Of a stretch of DNA of 64,000 nt, positions 40,020-50,429 are shown one piece after another. Below the pieces are notes generated by a model, which saw only the letters and a program-made list of their open reading frames with translations, had not been told where the DNA came from and ran no database searches. The position numbers and the translations under genes are program-made. The stretch spans positions 25,069-89,068 of the forward strand of contig CAYGCR010000002.1 of the NCBI GenBank assembly GCA_964348415.1, written 5' to 3'. Source of the DNA: an uncultured Ignavibacteria bacterium (GTDB lineage Bacteria > Zixibacteria > MSB-5A5 > SM1-73). How positions within the stretch are numbered: position 1 is the first letter of the stretch; each line of letters begins with the position of its first letter.

Positions 40020-41219
40020 TTGCCAGTTTTCACCTATAAGGGAAGGACGTCGGCGGGAACTCAGGTTCAGGGTGAGCTGAGGGCAAAAAACCGAGCTGAA
40101 TTGGAGAGGGTCTTGAGGAACAGGAAAATCCTGGTTTCTCACATCTCCACCAAGCCTTCCCAGGTAAGCATAAGAATTGGGTCCGGAATAAAGAAGGTGC
40201 ACATCTCCAGGTTCACCCGGCAATTCGCCACCATGATCGGGGCCGGACTCCCCATGGTGCAGTGTCTGGAGATATTATCCCAGCAAATGGAATCAGCACA
40301 ACTGAGGAAGATCATCAGCGATGTAAAGGAGAGCGTGCAGTCCGGAACCACTCTGGCCGAAGCTTTGTCCCGGCATAAGAAAGTCTTCGATGATCTTTAT
40401 GTCAACATGGTGGACGCAGGTGAGATCGGAGGCGCTCTGGACGTCATTCTGGTACGCCTGGCCACATATCGGGAAAAGGCCGATGCCCTGGCCCGCAAGG
40501 TTAAAGGGGCGCTAATCTATCCGGCGGTGGTGATGACTGTGGCCATAGCGGTGACCTTTATCATGCTGACTTACATAGTTCCCATCTTCGCCAAAATGTT
40601 TCATGGTCTGGGTGCGGAGCTACCCGGTCCTACCAGATTCGTCCTCTCTTTGAGCGGCTTTCTCAGAGGTAACATACTGACCGGGTTGGTGTTGCTAATC
40701 CTGGTGATAGTCGGATACAGATTCTATTCCAAGACTGATCGGGGCAAATACAATATTGACGCCCTGAAGCTGAAAATCCCGCTTATCGGAGACCTGATCA
40801 GGAAAAGCTCCATCTCAAGGTTTTCGCGGACCCTGGGAACCCTGATCTCATCCGGTGTTCCCATCCTGGATGCTCTGGAGATAACCGCTCGCGCTTCTGG
40901 CAACCGGGTGATACATGATGCCATAAAGAGGTCGGTTCTGTCCATCGCAGAAGGAGAGACAATAACGCAACCTCTGAGACAGTGCGGGGTCTTCCCTCCC
41001 ATGGTTACTCAGATGATTTCCGTCGGAGAAAAGACCGGCGGCCTGGATGACATGCTTTCCAAGATCGCTGACTTTTATGACGAAGAGGTGGATGCTGCGG
41101 TGGCGGCGTTAACCTCCATCATCGAGCCGGTGATAATTGTGTTCATGGGAATTGTGGTCGGAGGAATCCTGATAGCCATGTATCTCCCAATGTTCGAGAT
41201 CATTGGCAAGATCCAGTAA
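40020..41219 (+). CDS. pilC: Type IV pilus inner-membrane platform protein PilC, of the GspF family.
   Basis: Duplicated GspF domains with 3 TM helices, about 400 aa. It lies immediately downstream of pilB and pilT. Confidence 0.85.
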   Translation: MPVFTYKGRTSAGTQVQGELRAKNRAELERVLRNRKILVSHISTKPSQVSIRIGSGIKKVHISRFTRQFATMIGAGLPMVQCLEILSQQMESAQLRKIISDVKESVQSGTTLAEALSRHKKVFDDLYVNMVDAGEIGGALDVILVRLATYREKADALARKVKGALIYPAVVMTVAIAVTFIMLTYIVPIFAKMFHGLGAELPGPTRFVLSLSGFLRGNILTGLVLLILVIVGYRFYSKTDRGKYNIDALKLKIPLIGDLIRKSSISRFSRTLGTLISSGVPILDALEITARASGNRVIHDAIKRSVLSIAEGETITQPLRQCGVFPPMVTQMISVGEKTGGLDDMLSKIADFYDEEVDAAVAALTSIIEPVIIVFMGIVVGGILIAMYLPMFEIIGKIQ

Positions 41220-41365
41220 ATACAACCTGACTGCGCTGAGCAAGTCAAAAATACATCTAACCTAACCTTGCACCACTGCGGCTCTTAGCGGTGGTGTAAG
41301 TTTTTAAGCATTTTTAGGTTTCAAATCCTGAACAGTTTCTTATTACGTCCGGAAAGCGAATCCGA

Positions 41366-43225
41366 ATGAACAGAAGAACGTGGTTTCATTTTTTGAGAAA
41401 GCTCAACGCCGGACTTGAGCAGACATTTTTCGGAAGGGACCGAAACGGCAAGCAAATACAGAGGTATGCGAGCAAGTCAGAGGTCTCCCTCTCCAGAATC
41501 CCCTGGTTTCTGATATCCCGCCTTTCCATATTTGTCCTCTTACTGATAATTGTGGTTCTGTTTTTCCAGATGCCGGATTCTCTGGTCCTTGCCTTCACCA
41601 CCTACTCCTTCATAACCCTGGCTCTTCTTCTGCTCATTGCGTTTGATCTGAAGCAAACTTATCATCTGCTGTTCAGTGCCGTAGTTGTTTTGCAGCTGAT
41701 TCTGGAGATCATAGTCGAAACCGGGTTGGTACATCACACCGGAGGCATGGGCAGTCCCTTTGCCGTCCTTTTTGTTTTGACTATACTATCCGCAAGTCTG
41801 GCTTACGGCTTAGTCGGAAGCGTGTGTATGGCCGGCTTGTCCAGCCTGGCATACGCCTCTGTCCTGTGGGTTGAGGAAGGTTTGGAACTATCTTTTAAAG
41901 GCCTCCTTTACGCTAGTGATGCTTCATTCTATGAAGCATTTCTCTACATCTGCACCTTCTTTTTGGTGGCTTTCATAAGTGGCTATCTGACGCAAAGATT
42001 GAAAGCAAAGGGCCAGGAGCTGTGGACTGCTTCCCTGGAATTGGACAAAATAAAGGCGGATACAGACGAGATACTAAGACACCTGAAAAGCGGCCTCATT
42101 ACGATCGACGCCTGGGGCAGGATTGTTTATTTCAACCGGGCAGCAGAGGAGATATTGGGATATTCCGAAAGCGAGGTAAAAGGGAGAGACTGCCGGGAGG
42201 TATTCCGGCAAAGGATGCCTCAGCTGGCAGAAAAAATAATTCAGGTGATAAAGCTCAACGAGGAACATGCCAGGGGTCTGCTTTATATCGAGGACAAAAA
42301 CGGGCGAAAGATTCCCATAGGCATAAGCACTTCCATTCTGGGGGACACGGAAACGGGCGTGAGAGGTGTGATCGCCATATTCCAGGATATAAGCGAGGCC
42401 ATGAAGCTGGAGGAGAGAATCCGGGTGGCCGACAAGCTGGCTGCAGTTGGCGAACTCTCTGCCGGAATCGCCCACGAGATACGAAATCCTTTGGCCTCTA
42501 TCTCAGGATCGGTGGAAGTTTTGAAGGAGGAGCTTGCCCTGTCCCGGGAGAATCGAAATCTTCTGGACCTGGTAATCAAAGAGACAGACAGGCTGAATCG
42601 GATTGTGACTGATTTTCTGACTTATGCCCGCATCGGCCCCTCGTTGTTAGGCAAAGTGGAGTTGCTGCATCTCCTGGATGACGTCATAGAGATTGCGAGG
42701 AAGCATCCTTGCTATAAGGAAAGTGTCTCCTTTCACAAGATCTTCTCAACGCAGGTGCGATACGTGGTGGGCGAAGAAAATCAGATAAAACAGATATTCT
42801 TGAACCTGCTGGTGAATGCGCTGGAGGCCATGGAGGGCAGGTGGGGTAAGATAGTGATAAGTGATAGAAGCTTGAGTCAACTGGATAAATTCTATTTTCG
42901 GGACGAGGAGCCGGAGGAATCCGAGTGGGTGCCCATTGCGATTGTAGATGAAGGAAAAGGAATGACAGAAGAGCAAAAACAGAAGATTTTCTCCCCGTTT
43001 TATTCTGGCAAAAAAAATGGCACCGGCCTGGGGCTGGCCATAGTACAGAGGCTGGTGAACAACTTAGGCGGAAAGATAGAATTCCGCAGCCAGGAGGGTA
43101 AAGGCTCGGCTTTTGTGGTATATCTGCAGAAGTACACGAAACAGAAGGTTAAGCTCTTTCAGACAGCACCCACCGGGAATCTGGCAAACCTCGACGTTTC
43201 CACTTCGGAATTTCACCTAACCTAA
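41366..43225 (+). CDS. pilS: PilS-like membrane sensor histidine kinase: multi-TM N-terminus, PAS, HisKA, HATPase_c.
   Basis: Six TM helices in the N-terminal ~200 aa, a PAS-like region, H-box AHEIRNPL, and G1/G2 boxes (DEGKGM, GTGLGLAIV). No response-regulator gene follows. Confidence 0.75.
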   Translation: MNRRTWFHFLRKLNAGLEQTFFGRDRNGKQIQRYASKSEVSLSRIPWFLISRLSIFVLLLIIVVLFFQMPDSLVLAFTTYSFITLALLLLIAFDLKQTYHLLFSAVVVLQLILEIIVETGLVHHTGGMGSPFAVLFVLTILSASLAYGLVGSVCMAGLSSLAYASVLWVEEGLELSFKGLLYASDASFYEAFLYICTFFLVAFISGYLTQRLKAKGQELWTASLELDKIKADTDEILRHLKSGLITIDAWGRIVYFNRAAEEILGYSESEVKGRDCREVFRQRMPQLAEKIIQVIKLNEEHARGLLYIEDKNGRKIPIGISTSILGDTETGVRGVIAIFQDISEAMKLEERIRVADKLAAVGELSAGIAHEIRNPLASISGSVEVLKEELALSRENRNLLDLVIKETDRLNRIVTDFLTYARIGPSLLGKVELLHLLDDVIEIARKHPCYKESVSFHKIFSTQVRYVVGEENQIKQIFLNLLVNALEAMEGRWGKIVISDRSLSQLDKFYFRDEEPEESEWVPIAIVDEGKGMTEEQKQKIFSPFYSGKKNGTGLGLAIVQRLVNNLGGKIEFRSQEGKGSAFVVYLQKYTKQKVKLFQTAPTGNLANLDVSTSEFHLT

Positions 43226-43474
43226 AGGCCAATCTATCTGGATTTCCGCGGGCGTGGGCCAAGTTAATTTGCGCCTTTCCCGCGAACTTTTCCCACATTT
43301 CGCTTGCAAGCAGCAGAAATCACGTTACATTAGAGTAAAGAATAAGTAAAACAAAGTGTGCCTTTTCAAACTCCTTTATGGCGATTTCTCGTGAACGAGC
43401 GGAGAAGGTGAAACATGTAATAGTTGCTGCGGGTGTGAGGTCATACCCGGCAAAGGTGGCCGGGACCTGACAGA

Positions 43475-43560
43475 ACAGAAAGAAAAGTTTCGTAGGTCAG
43501 GTGCCCTGAGCACCTGACAAATAAAGGTGACAGGAGCACGGGGTCGCTGGACCACAAGCT
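43475..43560 (+). repeat. Left copy of a ~60-bp direct repeat carrying a degenerate CAGGAGC-N5-GCTCCTG palindrome, upstream of the orphan ORF.
   Basis: Aligned by eye to 44181..44254 at about 80% identity: AAAGTTTCGTAGGTCAGGTGCCCTGAGCACCTGACAAATAAAGGTGACAGGAGCACGGGG. Confidence 0.5.
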
Positions 43561-43587
43561 GACTTTTGTCGTTAGGAGGCTGCAACA

Positions 43588-44001
43588 TTGTCAACCAAAA
43601 AAAAGAAACTCAAAGCAAAGAGCATTGTAAGCCGACTGACAGGCATTTCTACTCCAGTCGGTGGGATTTCCTGGACACCACCAGTTGATGAACGGGACAA
43701 AGCAAAACGGTTGGTGACTTTTCTTGAAGATCGACGCGCTCTTTACCATCCTTATAATATGGAAGTAGCTGACTATGTTGTCGAGTCTATCCTTGAAATA
43801 CGCGAGCGGCTCACATCAGATCTCGAACATGTGAACGAATCTTCTGTCTTAGGAGAGAGTCTTATCGCAATGCGTGCAGCTTGTCGGAAATTCCTGGACA
43901 AGGTACAAAGACCACCGAGAAAAAGATATTGGTTGGGACCCGACTTCATCTACGGCCTTGGTGAACTAAGAGCATTATTCGGCATTCATGTTGCAAGATA
44001 G
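43588..44001 (+). CDS. Hypothetical protein (137 aa) with no recognisable family. It sits in a cassette-like arrangement bracketed by direct repeats.
   Basis: Strong AGGAGG RBS 7 nt upstream of the TTG start. The ORF is clean and no domain was recognised. Confidence 0.5.
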   Translation: MSTKKKKLKAKSIVSRLTGISTPVGGISWTPPVDERDKAKRLVTFLEDRRALYHPYNMEVADYVVESILEIRERLTSDLEHVNESSVLGESLIAMRAACRKFLDKVQRPPRKRYWLGPDFIYGLGELRALFGIHVAR

Positions 44002-44180
44002 GCATGTGCATACGATCTAGAACTTGAGAAAGATTTGGCCTCAATTCTTCCTGCAGAACCTGAGCTAGATAAGAGGAAGGGAAGGAGAACTAAAGCAAAG
44101 TGAATTCTCCCAACAACCCACTCGAAAGGGAAGCGGCAAAAAGGCGCCGCGCCCCTTAGCTTTGCGTTATGCGGACGAAG

Positions 44181-44254
44181 AGTTTCGTCGGTTAGATGCC
44201 CTGCGGTCCTGACAAATGAAAGTGTCAGGAGCACGGGGCTCCTGACCTACTAGG
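44181..44254 (+). repeat. Right copy of the ~60-bp direct repeat, with a perfect CAGGAGCACGGGGCTCCTG palindrome.
   Basis: AGAGTTTCGTCGGTTAGATGCCCTGCGGTCCTGACAAATGAAAGTGTCAGGAGCACGGGGCTCCTGACCTACTAG. A third copy of the palindrome, CCAGGAGCCCGGAGCTCCTGAGCTACTACC, lies at 44541..44570. Confidence 0.55.
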
Positions 44255-44651
44255 TGGCTCTCTTACCACAAGGAGCAAATTCACCATTTATGGTGAGTCT
44301 CGAACCACAACTTTAATGGTGAAAAGGATACCTCCCCCGTTATGGGAGGCAAACATATGAAACATGCACACAAACTCCCCTTGTGGGAGACGAATAATCC
44401 TTTTCCTTCGACCCTGTGTCTCAGGACGAAGTGCAGGACCGAAGGGCAGGGTGAACTCTCTTGAAGCACCGCACAACGGTTGAAAAAAATTCAAAACGAA
44501 CACCAGTAAGGTCAGTAAGGTCAGAAATACCAGAGAAGTGCCAGGAGCCCGGAGCTCCTGAGCTACTACCTAATCTCCCGCCATTGTCCGCTCCCGGACG
44601 TGTTCCTTCCTCTCCCCTGGGGGAGAGAATTAACTTGAGGGGGACATACCA

Positions 44652-45095
44652 GTCATTGCGAGCGCAGCGAAGCAATCTCCCTGGCACATCAACCGACGCT
44701 TTGAGATTGCCTCGTCGTCCCCGACAAAGGCGGCGTACTCCTCGCAATGACACTCACACGCCCGTCATTGCGAGCGTAGCGAAGCAATCTCCCTGGTACA
44801 TCAACCGACGCCTTGAGATTGCCTCGTCGCCCCCGCCAAATGCGGGGGACTTCTCGCAATGACGCTTACATACCCGTCACTGCGAGCGCAGCGAAGCAAT
44901 CTGCTTGGTACATCAACCGACGCCTTGAGATTGCCTCGTCGCCCCCGCCAAAGGCGGGGTACTCCTCGCAATCACACTTACACACCCGTCATTGCGAGCG
45001 ATAGCATAGCAATCTCCCTGGTACGTCAACCGAGGCTTTGAGATTGCTTCGTCGTCCCCGCCAAAGGCCGGGCACTCCTCGCAATGACATCAGAG
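44652..45095. repeat. Four tandem copies of a ~112-bp nested-palindromic element. Units start at 44652, 44764, 44876 and 44984.
   Basis: Unit consensus: GTCATTGCGAGCGCAGCGAAGCAATCTCCCTGGTACATCAACCGACGCCTTGAGATTGCCTCGTCGCCCCCGCCAAAGGCGGGGTACTCCTCGCAATGACACTTACACACCC. Terminal inverted repeats are GTCATTGCGAG / CTCGCAATGAC, inner ones GCAATCTC / GAGATTGC. Copies are about 85-90% identical, and the unit is contiguous with no spacers. Confidence 0.8.
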
Positions 45096-45246
45096 GTTTC
45101 TTGCACAGACGCAATGTTCTCTGTCCTTGAGCAAAAGGGCCAGGTTGAAGACCCCGCCACAGGGGCAACAGGAGGGAACTGTAGTTGCTCGATTTATCGA
45201 GCTCAATAAACGCCCAATGAATTGGGCAACTACGTTTCTTGAGCGC

Positions 45247-45280
45247 TCGAAAAAGAAGGGTGGAGCTAAAGCTCCACCCC
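45247..45280 (-). terminator. Rho-independent terminator of the ATP synthase operon.
   Basis: Minus-strand RNA: GGGUGGAGC-UUUA-GCUCCACCC followed by UUCUUUUUCG. It lies 35 nt downstream of the atpC stop. Confidence 0.7.
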
Positions 45281-45313
45281 TACAATTTCTAGCTTACAGG
45301 CTGAAAGCCTATT

Positions 45314-45730
45314 TTAGTCCTGCTCACTAAGTCGGATTGCTTTATAAAGACGGCACCTGTTTTCTGCGCGAAGCCTTGCTGCCAGAGCGCGTGCTACGTC
45401 AATCCCCTCTTCTTTTGATTTCAGCCTTCGTTTGGCCCGCTGCAGAGCTTTGGCCGCTCTCTCGTAATCTATGTCATCTACAGATTCGACTGAATGCGCC
45501 AGAATGGTAACATGATTCTTGAAGACCTCCATGAAGCCACCGCCGATGGCGAAGATCAGCTCTTGGTTTTTCTCATCTCTCACCGCTAGCTTTCCGGGAA
45601 CCAGGACGGTGATCAAAGGGGCGTGATCGGTCAGAACCCCCAGGTATCCTTCCGAGCCAGGCGCGATGATGGAGACCACCTCTTGTTCGAAGAATACTTT
45701 TTCCGGTGTCACGATACTTAAGAGATACAT
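45314..45730 (-). CDS. atpC: F1Fo ATP synthase epsilon subunit.
   Basis: 138-aa beta-sandwich plus helical hairpin. The N-terminus LSIVTPEKVFFEQEVVSIIAPGSEGYLGVL is typical. Confidence 0.85.
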   Translation of the reverse strand: MYLLSIVTPEKVFFEQEVVSIIAPGSEGYLGVLTDHAPLITVLVPGKLAVRDEKNQELIFAIGGGFMEVFKNHVTILAHSVESVDDIDYERAAKALQRAKRRLKSKEEGIDVARALAARLRAENRCRLYKAIRLSEQD

Positions 45731-45794
45731 GTTAAAGACATTATATTGAATATCCGGGGCGAATCAACTCTTACCCCGGTTCAGTGTCCGTTTG

Positions 45795-47231
<1,437 letters not shown>

Positions 47232-47274
47232 CTAAGTAACTCGTAAGATTCCTCTCTATCTGCCGTGCAGTCTT

Positions 47275-48138
47275 CTATCCCTTCAAGGCCTCTGCTCCGG
47301 TGGTGATCTCCAGCATTTCCTTGGTTATGGTTGCCTGTCTCAACTTGTTCATAACCAGAGTGAGATGGTCGATCATTTCTTCCGCATTCTTGGTTGCGGC
47401 TCCCATGGCAATCATTCGCGAACCGTGTTCCGAGGCGAAAGACTCCGCCAGAGCCATCTGAACCCTGGTTATGCAGTAGTTGGGGAGGAGGCTGGCAAAA
47501 ATCTTCTGGGGATTGGGTTCGAAAATATAGTCCACCAGAGCGTCCCTGTCTTCTGTCTCCACCTGGCTTTCTATGTTAAGAAACTTCTCCGAAGTGACCC
47601 TGTAACTGACAGGGGAGAGGAACTTAGTATATGTAAAGTGTATCTCGTCCACCTCTCGCGAAAGGAAGAGGTTGACTAGATCATTGGTGATGTTTTTAAC
47701 CTGCGCCAACTTTAGCTCTGCTCCCAGACCCACATATTTCGATCTTATCTCGCACGCCCTTCTTGCATAGTATGTATTACCCTTCGTTCCAACCAATATG
47801 AGAACCACCTGGTCTGTTTTGTAACGCCCTATGAATTTGTCCGCTTCGTGAATGACATTGTGGTTATATGACCCACATAACCCGCGATCCGAGGTGATCA
47901 CCACCAGCCCTACCTTTTTCATCTCCCTTTTCTCGAAGAGTGGATGGACAACGGAGGCCCCTGCCTTGGTGAGATTACCCAACATAGCCTGCATCTTGGA
48001 AGCATAGGGACGGGATGATTCCACCTTGGCTTGCGCCCTTCCCAACCTTGCGGCTGCCACCATCTCCATAGCCCTGGTGATCTGCTGGGTTCCCTGCACG
48101 GTTTTTATTCTTCTTCTTAGATCGCGTAAGGTCGCCAT
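47275..48138 (-). CDS. atpG: F1Fo ATP synthase gamma subunit.
   Basis: 287 aa, lying between atpA and atpD, with conserved N- and C-terminal coiled-coil helices. Confidence 0.85.
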   Translation of the reverse strand: MATLRDLRRRIKTVQGTQQITRAMEMVAAARLGRAQAKVESSRPYASKMQAMLGNLTKAGASVVHPLFEKREMKKVGLVVITSDRGLCGSYNHNVIHEADKFIGRYKTDQVVLILVGTKGNTYYARRACEIRSKYVGLGAELKLAQVKNITNDLVNLFLSREVDEIHFTYTKFLSPVSYRVTSEKFLNIESQVETEDRDALVDYIFEPNPQKIFASLLPNYCITRVQMALAESFASEHGSRMIAMGAATKNAEEMIDHLTLVMNKLRQATITKEMLEITTGAEALKG

Positions 48139-48214
48139 ATTTAGTTGCTAGGTCTTGAAAAAGTAAATTGTTCTCTCCCGTTGAATCGATGGTAAAAACA
48201 GTAAGCAGTTCAGC

Positions 48215-49783
48215 TCACTGGGACGTGGAAGTGCCTGGCAGCGGGCATACAGGGTCTTCTTCCTTCTGACGCAGTCTTTCTTTGAGTTGCTCTTTGAACC
48301 TGGTTATGGCTTCGTTGAGTTTTCTTTCCGTGCTTTCGTCCAAATCCTTGCTTGTGGCGATGCGGTGCCCTACGTCCGGATATTCTTTTTCCATGAATGG
48401 ATAGAATTCCGCTTCGAATTTCTCAACTGCTTCAACAGCCAGGCTGTCCAGATATCCGTGCGTGGCCGTGTAGATTATCATTACCTGTCTCTCCACCGGC
48501 ATGGGGACATATTGAGCTTGCTTCAAGACCTCGACGGTCCTCTCGCCTCGGGTGAGATACGCTTTGGTGGCTTCATCCAGCTCCGTACCGAATTGAGTGA
48601 ATGCAGCCAGCTCGCGATACTGTGCCAGATCCAACCTCAGTCTTCCTGCCACCTTTCTCATCGCTTGGACCTGGGCTTTTCCTCCCACCCGGGAAACGGA
48701 AATGCCGACGTTGATGGCAGGCCTCACTCCGGCGTAAAACAGGTCTGTCTCCAGGTAAATTTGCCCGTCAGTGATGGAGATGACATTTGTCGGTATATAG
48801 GCGGTCACGTCTCCGGCTTGGATTTCTACTACGGGTATGGCGGTAAGTGACCCACCTCCCAACTCATCATTTAGTTTTGCCGCCCTCTCAAGAAGACGAG
48901 AATGCAGATAGAAGATATCTCCTGGAAAGGCTTCTCTTCCAGGGGGACGCCGCAATAGTAAGGACATTTGCCTGTAGGCTTGAGCATGTTTGGTCAAGTC
49001 GTCGTAAAACACCACCACGTGTTTTCCGTTGTAGAGAAATTCCTCTCCCATGGCGCAGCCCGAATAGGGAGCGATATATTGAAGGGGGGCAGGCTCAGTT
49101 GCGGTGGCTACCACCACGGTGGTGTACTCCATGGCCTGATGATCCTCGAGCGTCTTAATCAGTTGAGCCACGGTGGAGGCTTTTTGCCCTACGGCCACAT
49201 ATATGCAGAACAGGTCGGTGTCTTTCTGGTTGAGTATGGTATCCACTATCAAGGCGGTTTTTCCGGTCTGTCGATCGCCAATGATAAGCTCTCTTTGCCC
49301 CCGGCCTATGGGGATCATGGAATCGATGGCCTTAAGACCGGTCTGCACCGGCTGGCTCACCTGTCTTCGCTGAACCACGTTCGGTGCTCTGCCCTCAATG
49401 GGTCGGTAGTTTTTGGCGACGATGGGGCCCTTTCCGTCAAGAGGCTGACCCAGAGCGTTCACTACCCTGCCCACCATGGCATCCCCTACCGGCACCGAGG
49501 CAATTCTTTCAGTCCGGGTGACTCGGTCACCCTCCTTGATCTCATCATAAGGACCCAGGATGGCGGCGCCCACGTTGTCTTCCTCAAGATTGAGTATCAT
49601 CCCGATCACGTCATTTGGGAATTTGATGAGCTCGCTCATCATGGCGTCCTCCAGACCCCAGATGCGGGCGATACCGTCGCCCACCTGCAGCACGGTCCCC
49701 ACGCTTTCCATTTTAAGTTTGGTCTCGTATTTTTCTATCTCTTTCTGGATGATTGAGCTTACTTCTTCTGGATTCAAGGGCAT
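48215..49783 (-). CDS. atpA: F1Fo ATP synthase alpha subunit.
   Basis: Walker [10 protein letters not shown], 522 aa. Confidence 0.92.
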   Translation of the reverse strand: MPLNPEEVSSIIQKEIEKYETKLKMESVGTVLQVGDGIARIWGLEDAMMSELIKFPNDVIGMILNLEEDNVGAAILGPYDEIKEGDRVTRTERIASVPVGDAMVGRVVNALGQPLDGKGPIVAKNYRPIEGRAPNVVQRRQVSQPVQTGLKAIDSMIPIGRGQRELIIGDRQTGKTALIVDTILNQKDTDLFCIYVAVGQKASTVAQLIKTLEDHQAMEYTTVVVATATEPAPLQYIAPYSGCAMGEEFLYNGKHVVVFYDDLTKHAQAYRQMSLLLRRPPGREAFPGDIFYLHSRLLERAAKLNDELGGGSLTAIPVVEIQAGDVTAYIPTNVISITDGQIYLETDLFYAGVRPAINVGISVSRVGGKAQVQAMRKVAGRLRLDLAQYRELAAFTQFGTELDEATKAYLTRGERTVEVLKQAQYVPMPVERQVMIIYTATHGYLDSLAVEAVEKFEAEFYPFMEKEYPDVGHRIATSKDLDESTERKLNEAITRFKEQLKERLRQKEEDPVCPLPGTSTSQ

Positions 49784-49880
49784 AAGAAGATTTCCTCCAT
49801 CCTTCTCTGTTTTTTAGGAAATTGTGTTCCTCATGATCTGACAGCAGGAAACCGAGTCTTCCTCCCGGAAAGTATATGGC

Positions 49881-50429
49881 CTAATAGACTTTCAGCGTCG
49901 ACATCTGTTCTCTCAGCTGATTCAGTTGATAGCGGATGCTTTTGTCTATTATCTTATCCCCCAGGACAATCACAATGCCACCTATCAGAGAGGGTTCCAC
50001 CTGGAGTTTCATCTCCACAGTCTTGCCCGTGCTTTTCTCCATCTCTTGTCGGATTTCATCTACCAGAGATTCATCCACGCTTCGGGCCGTTACCAGACGA
50101 GCCTCAACTATGCCCTGATCTTCTTTGACCAGACGCTGGAACTCTTCGGTCATAGGTAGAAGATACTGAATTCTGTGTTTGCTCACCACCAACATGAGAA
50201 AGGAGAACAAGGCCTCAGAGACCAGAGGCTCGAAAGAGGATTGGATGAGCTCTTTCTTGTCCTTCTCCAGCACCTGGGGAGACTCCAAAAAGCTCTTCAG
50301 AAGCGGATTCTTCCTCAGAAGATCACATATTGCCAAAAGATCGTAAGAGATCCTCTGGACTTGATTCATCCTCTTGGCAGTGCGGAAAAGAGCGGTAGCA
50401 TACTTGGAGGCTACTCTCGACTCGATCAT
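49881..50429 (-). CDS. atpH: F1Fo ATP synthase delta (OSCP) subunit.
   Basis: 182 aa. Its start overlaps atpF by 4 nt, and it sits in the position of the OSCP-family subunit. Confidence 0.75.
   Translation of the reverse strand: MIESRVASKYATALFRTAKRMNQVQRISYDLLAICDLLRKNPLLKSFLESPQVLEKDKKELIQSSFEPLVSEALFSFLMLVVSKHRIQYLLPMTEEFQRLVKEDQGIVEARLVTARSVDESLVDEIRQEMEKSTGKTVEMKLQVEPSLIGGIVIVLGDKIIDKSIRYQLNQLREQMSTLKVY

Noticed and set aside
44421-45041. ORFs 44421..44753 (-), 44461..44862 (+), 44813..45004 (+) and 44859..45041 (+).
   Set aside because: They lie entirely within the tandem or palindromic repeats and have repetitive, Arg/Pro-rich low-complexity translations. They are artefacts of the repeat.
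44652-45095. Possible CRISPR array.
   Set aside because: The whole 112-bp units are conserved and directly abutting. There is no alternation of a conserved repeat with unique spacers, and no cas genes are nearby.
43475-45095. Integron cassette array, with the ORF plus attC-like palindromes.
   Set aside because: The palindromes lack the attC R'' / R' core (RYYYAAC … GTTRRRY) and there is no intI nearby. I keep it only as a generic cassette-like insertion.
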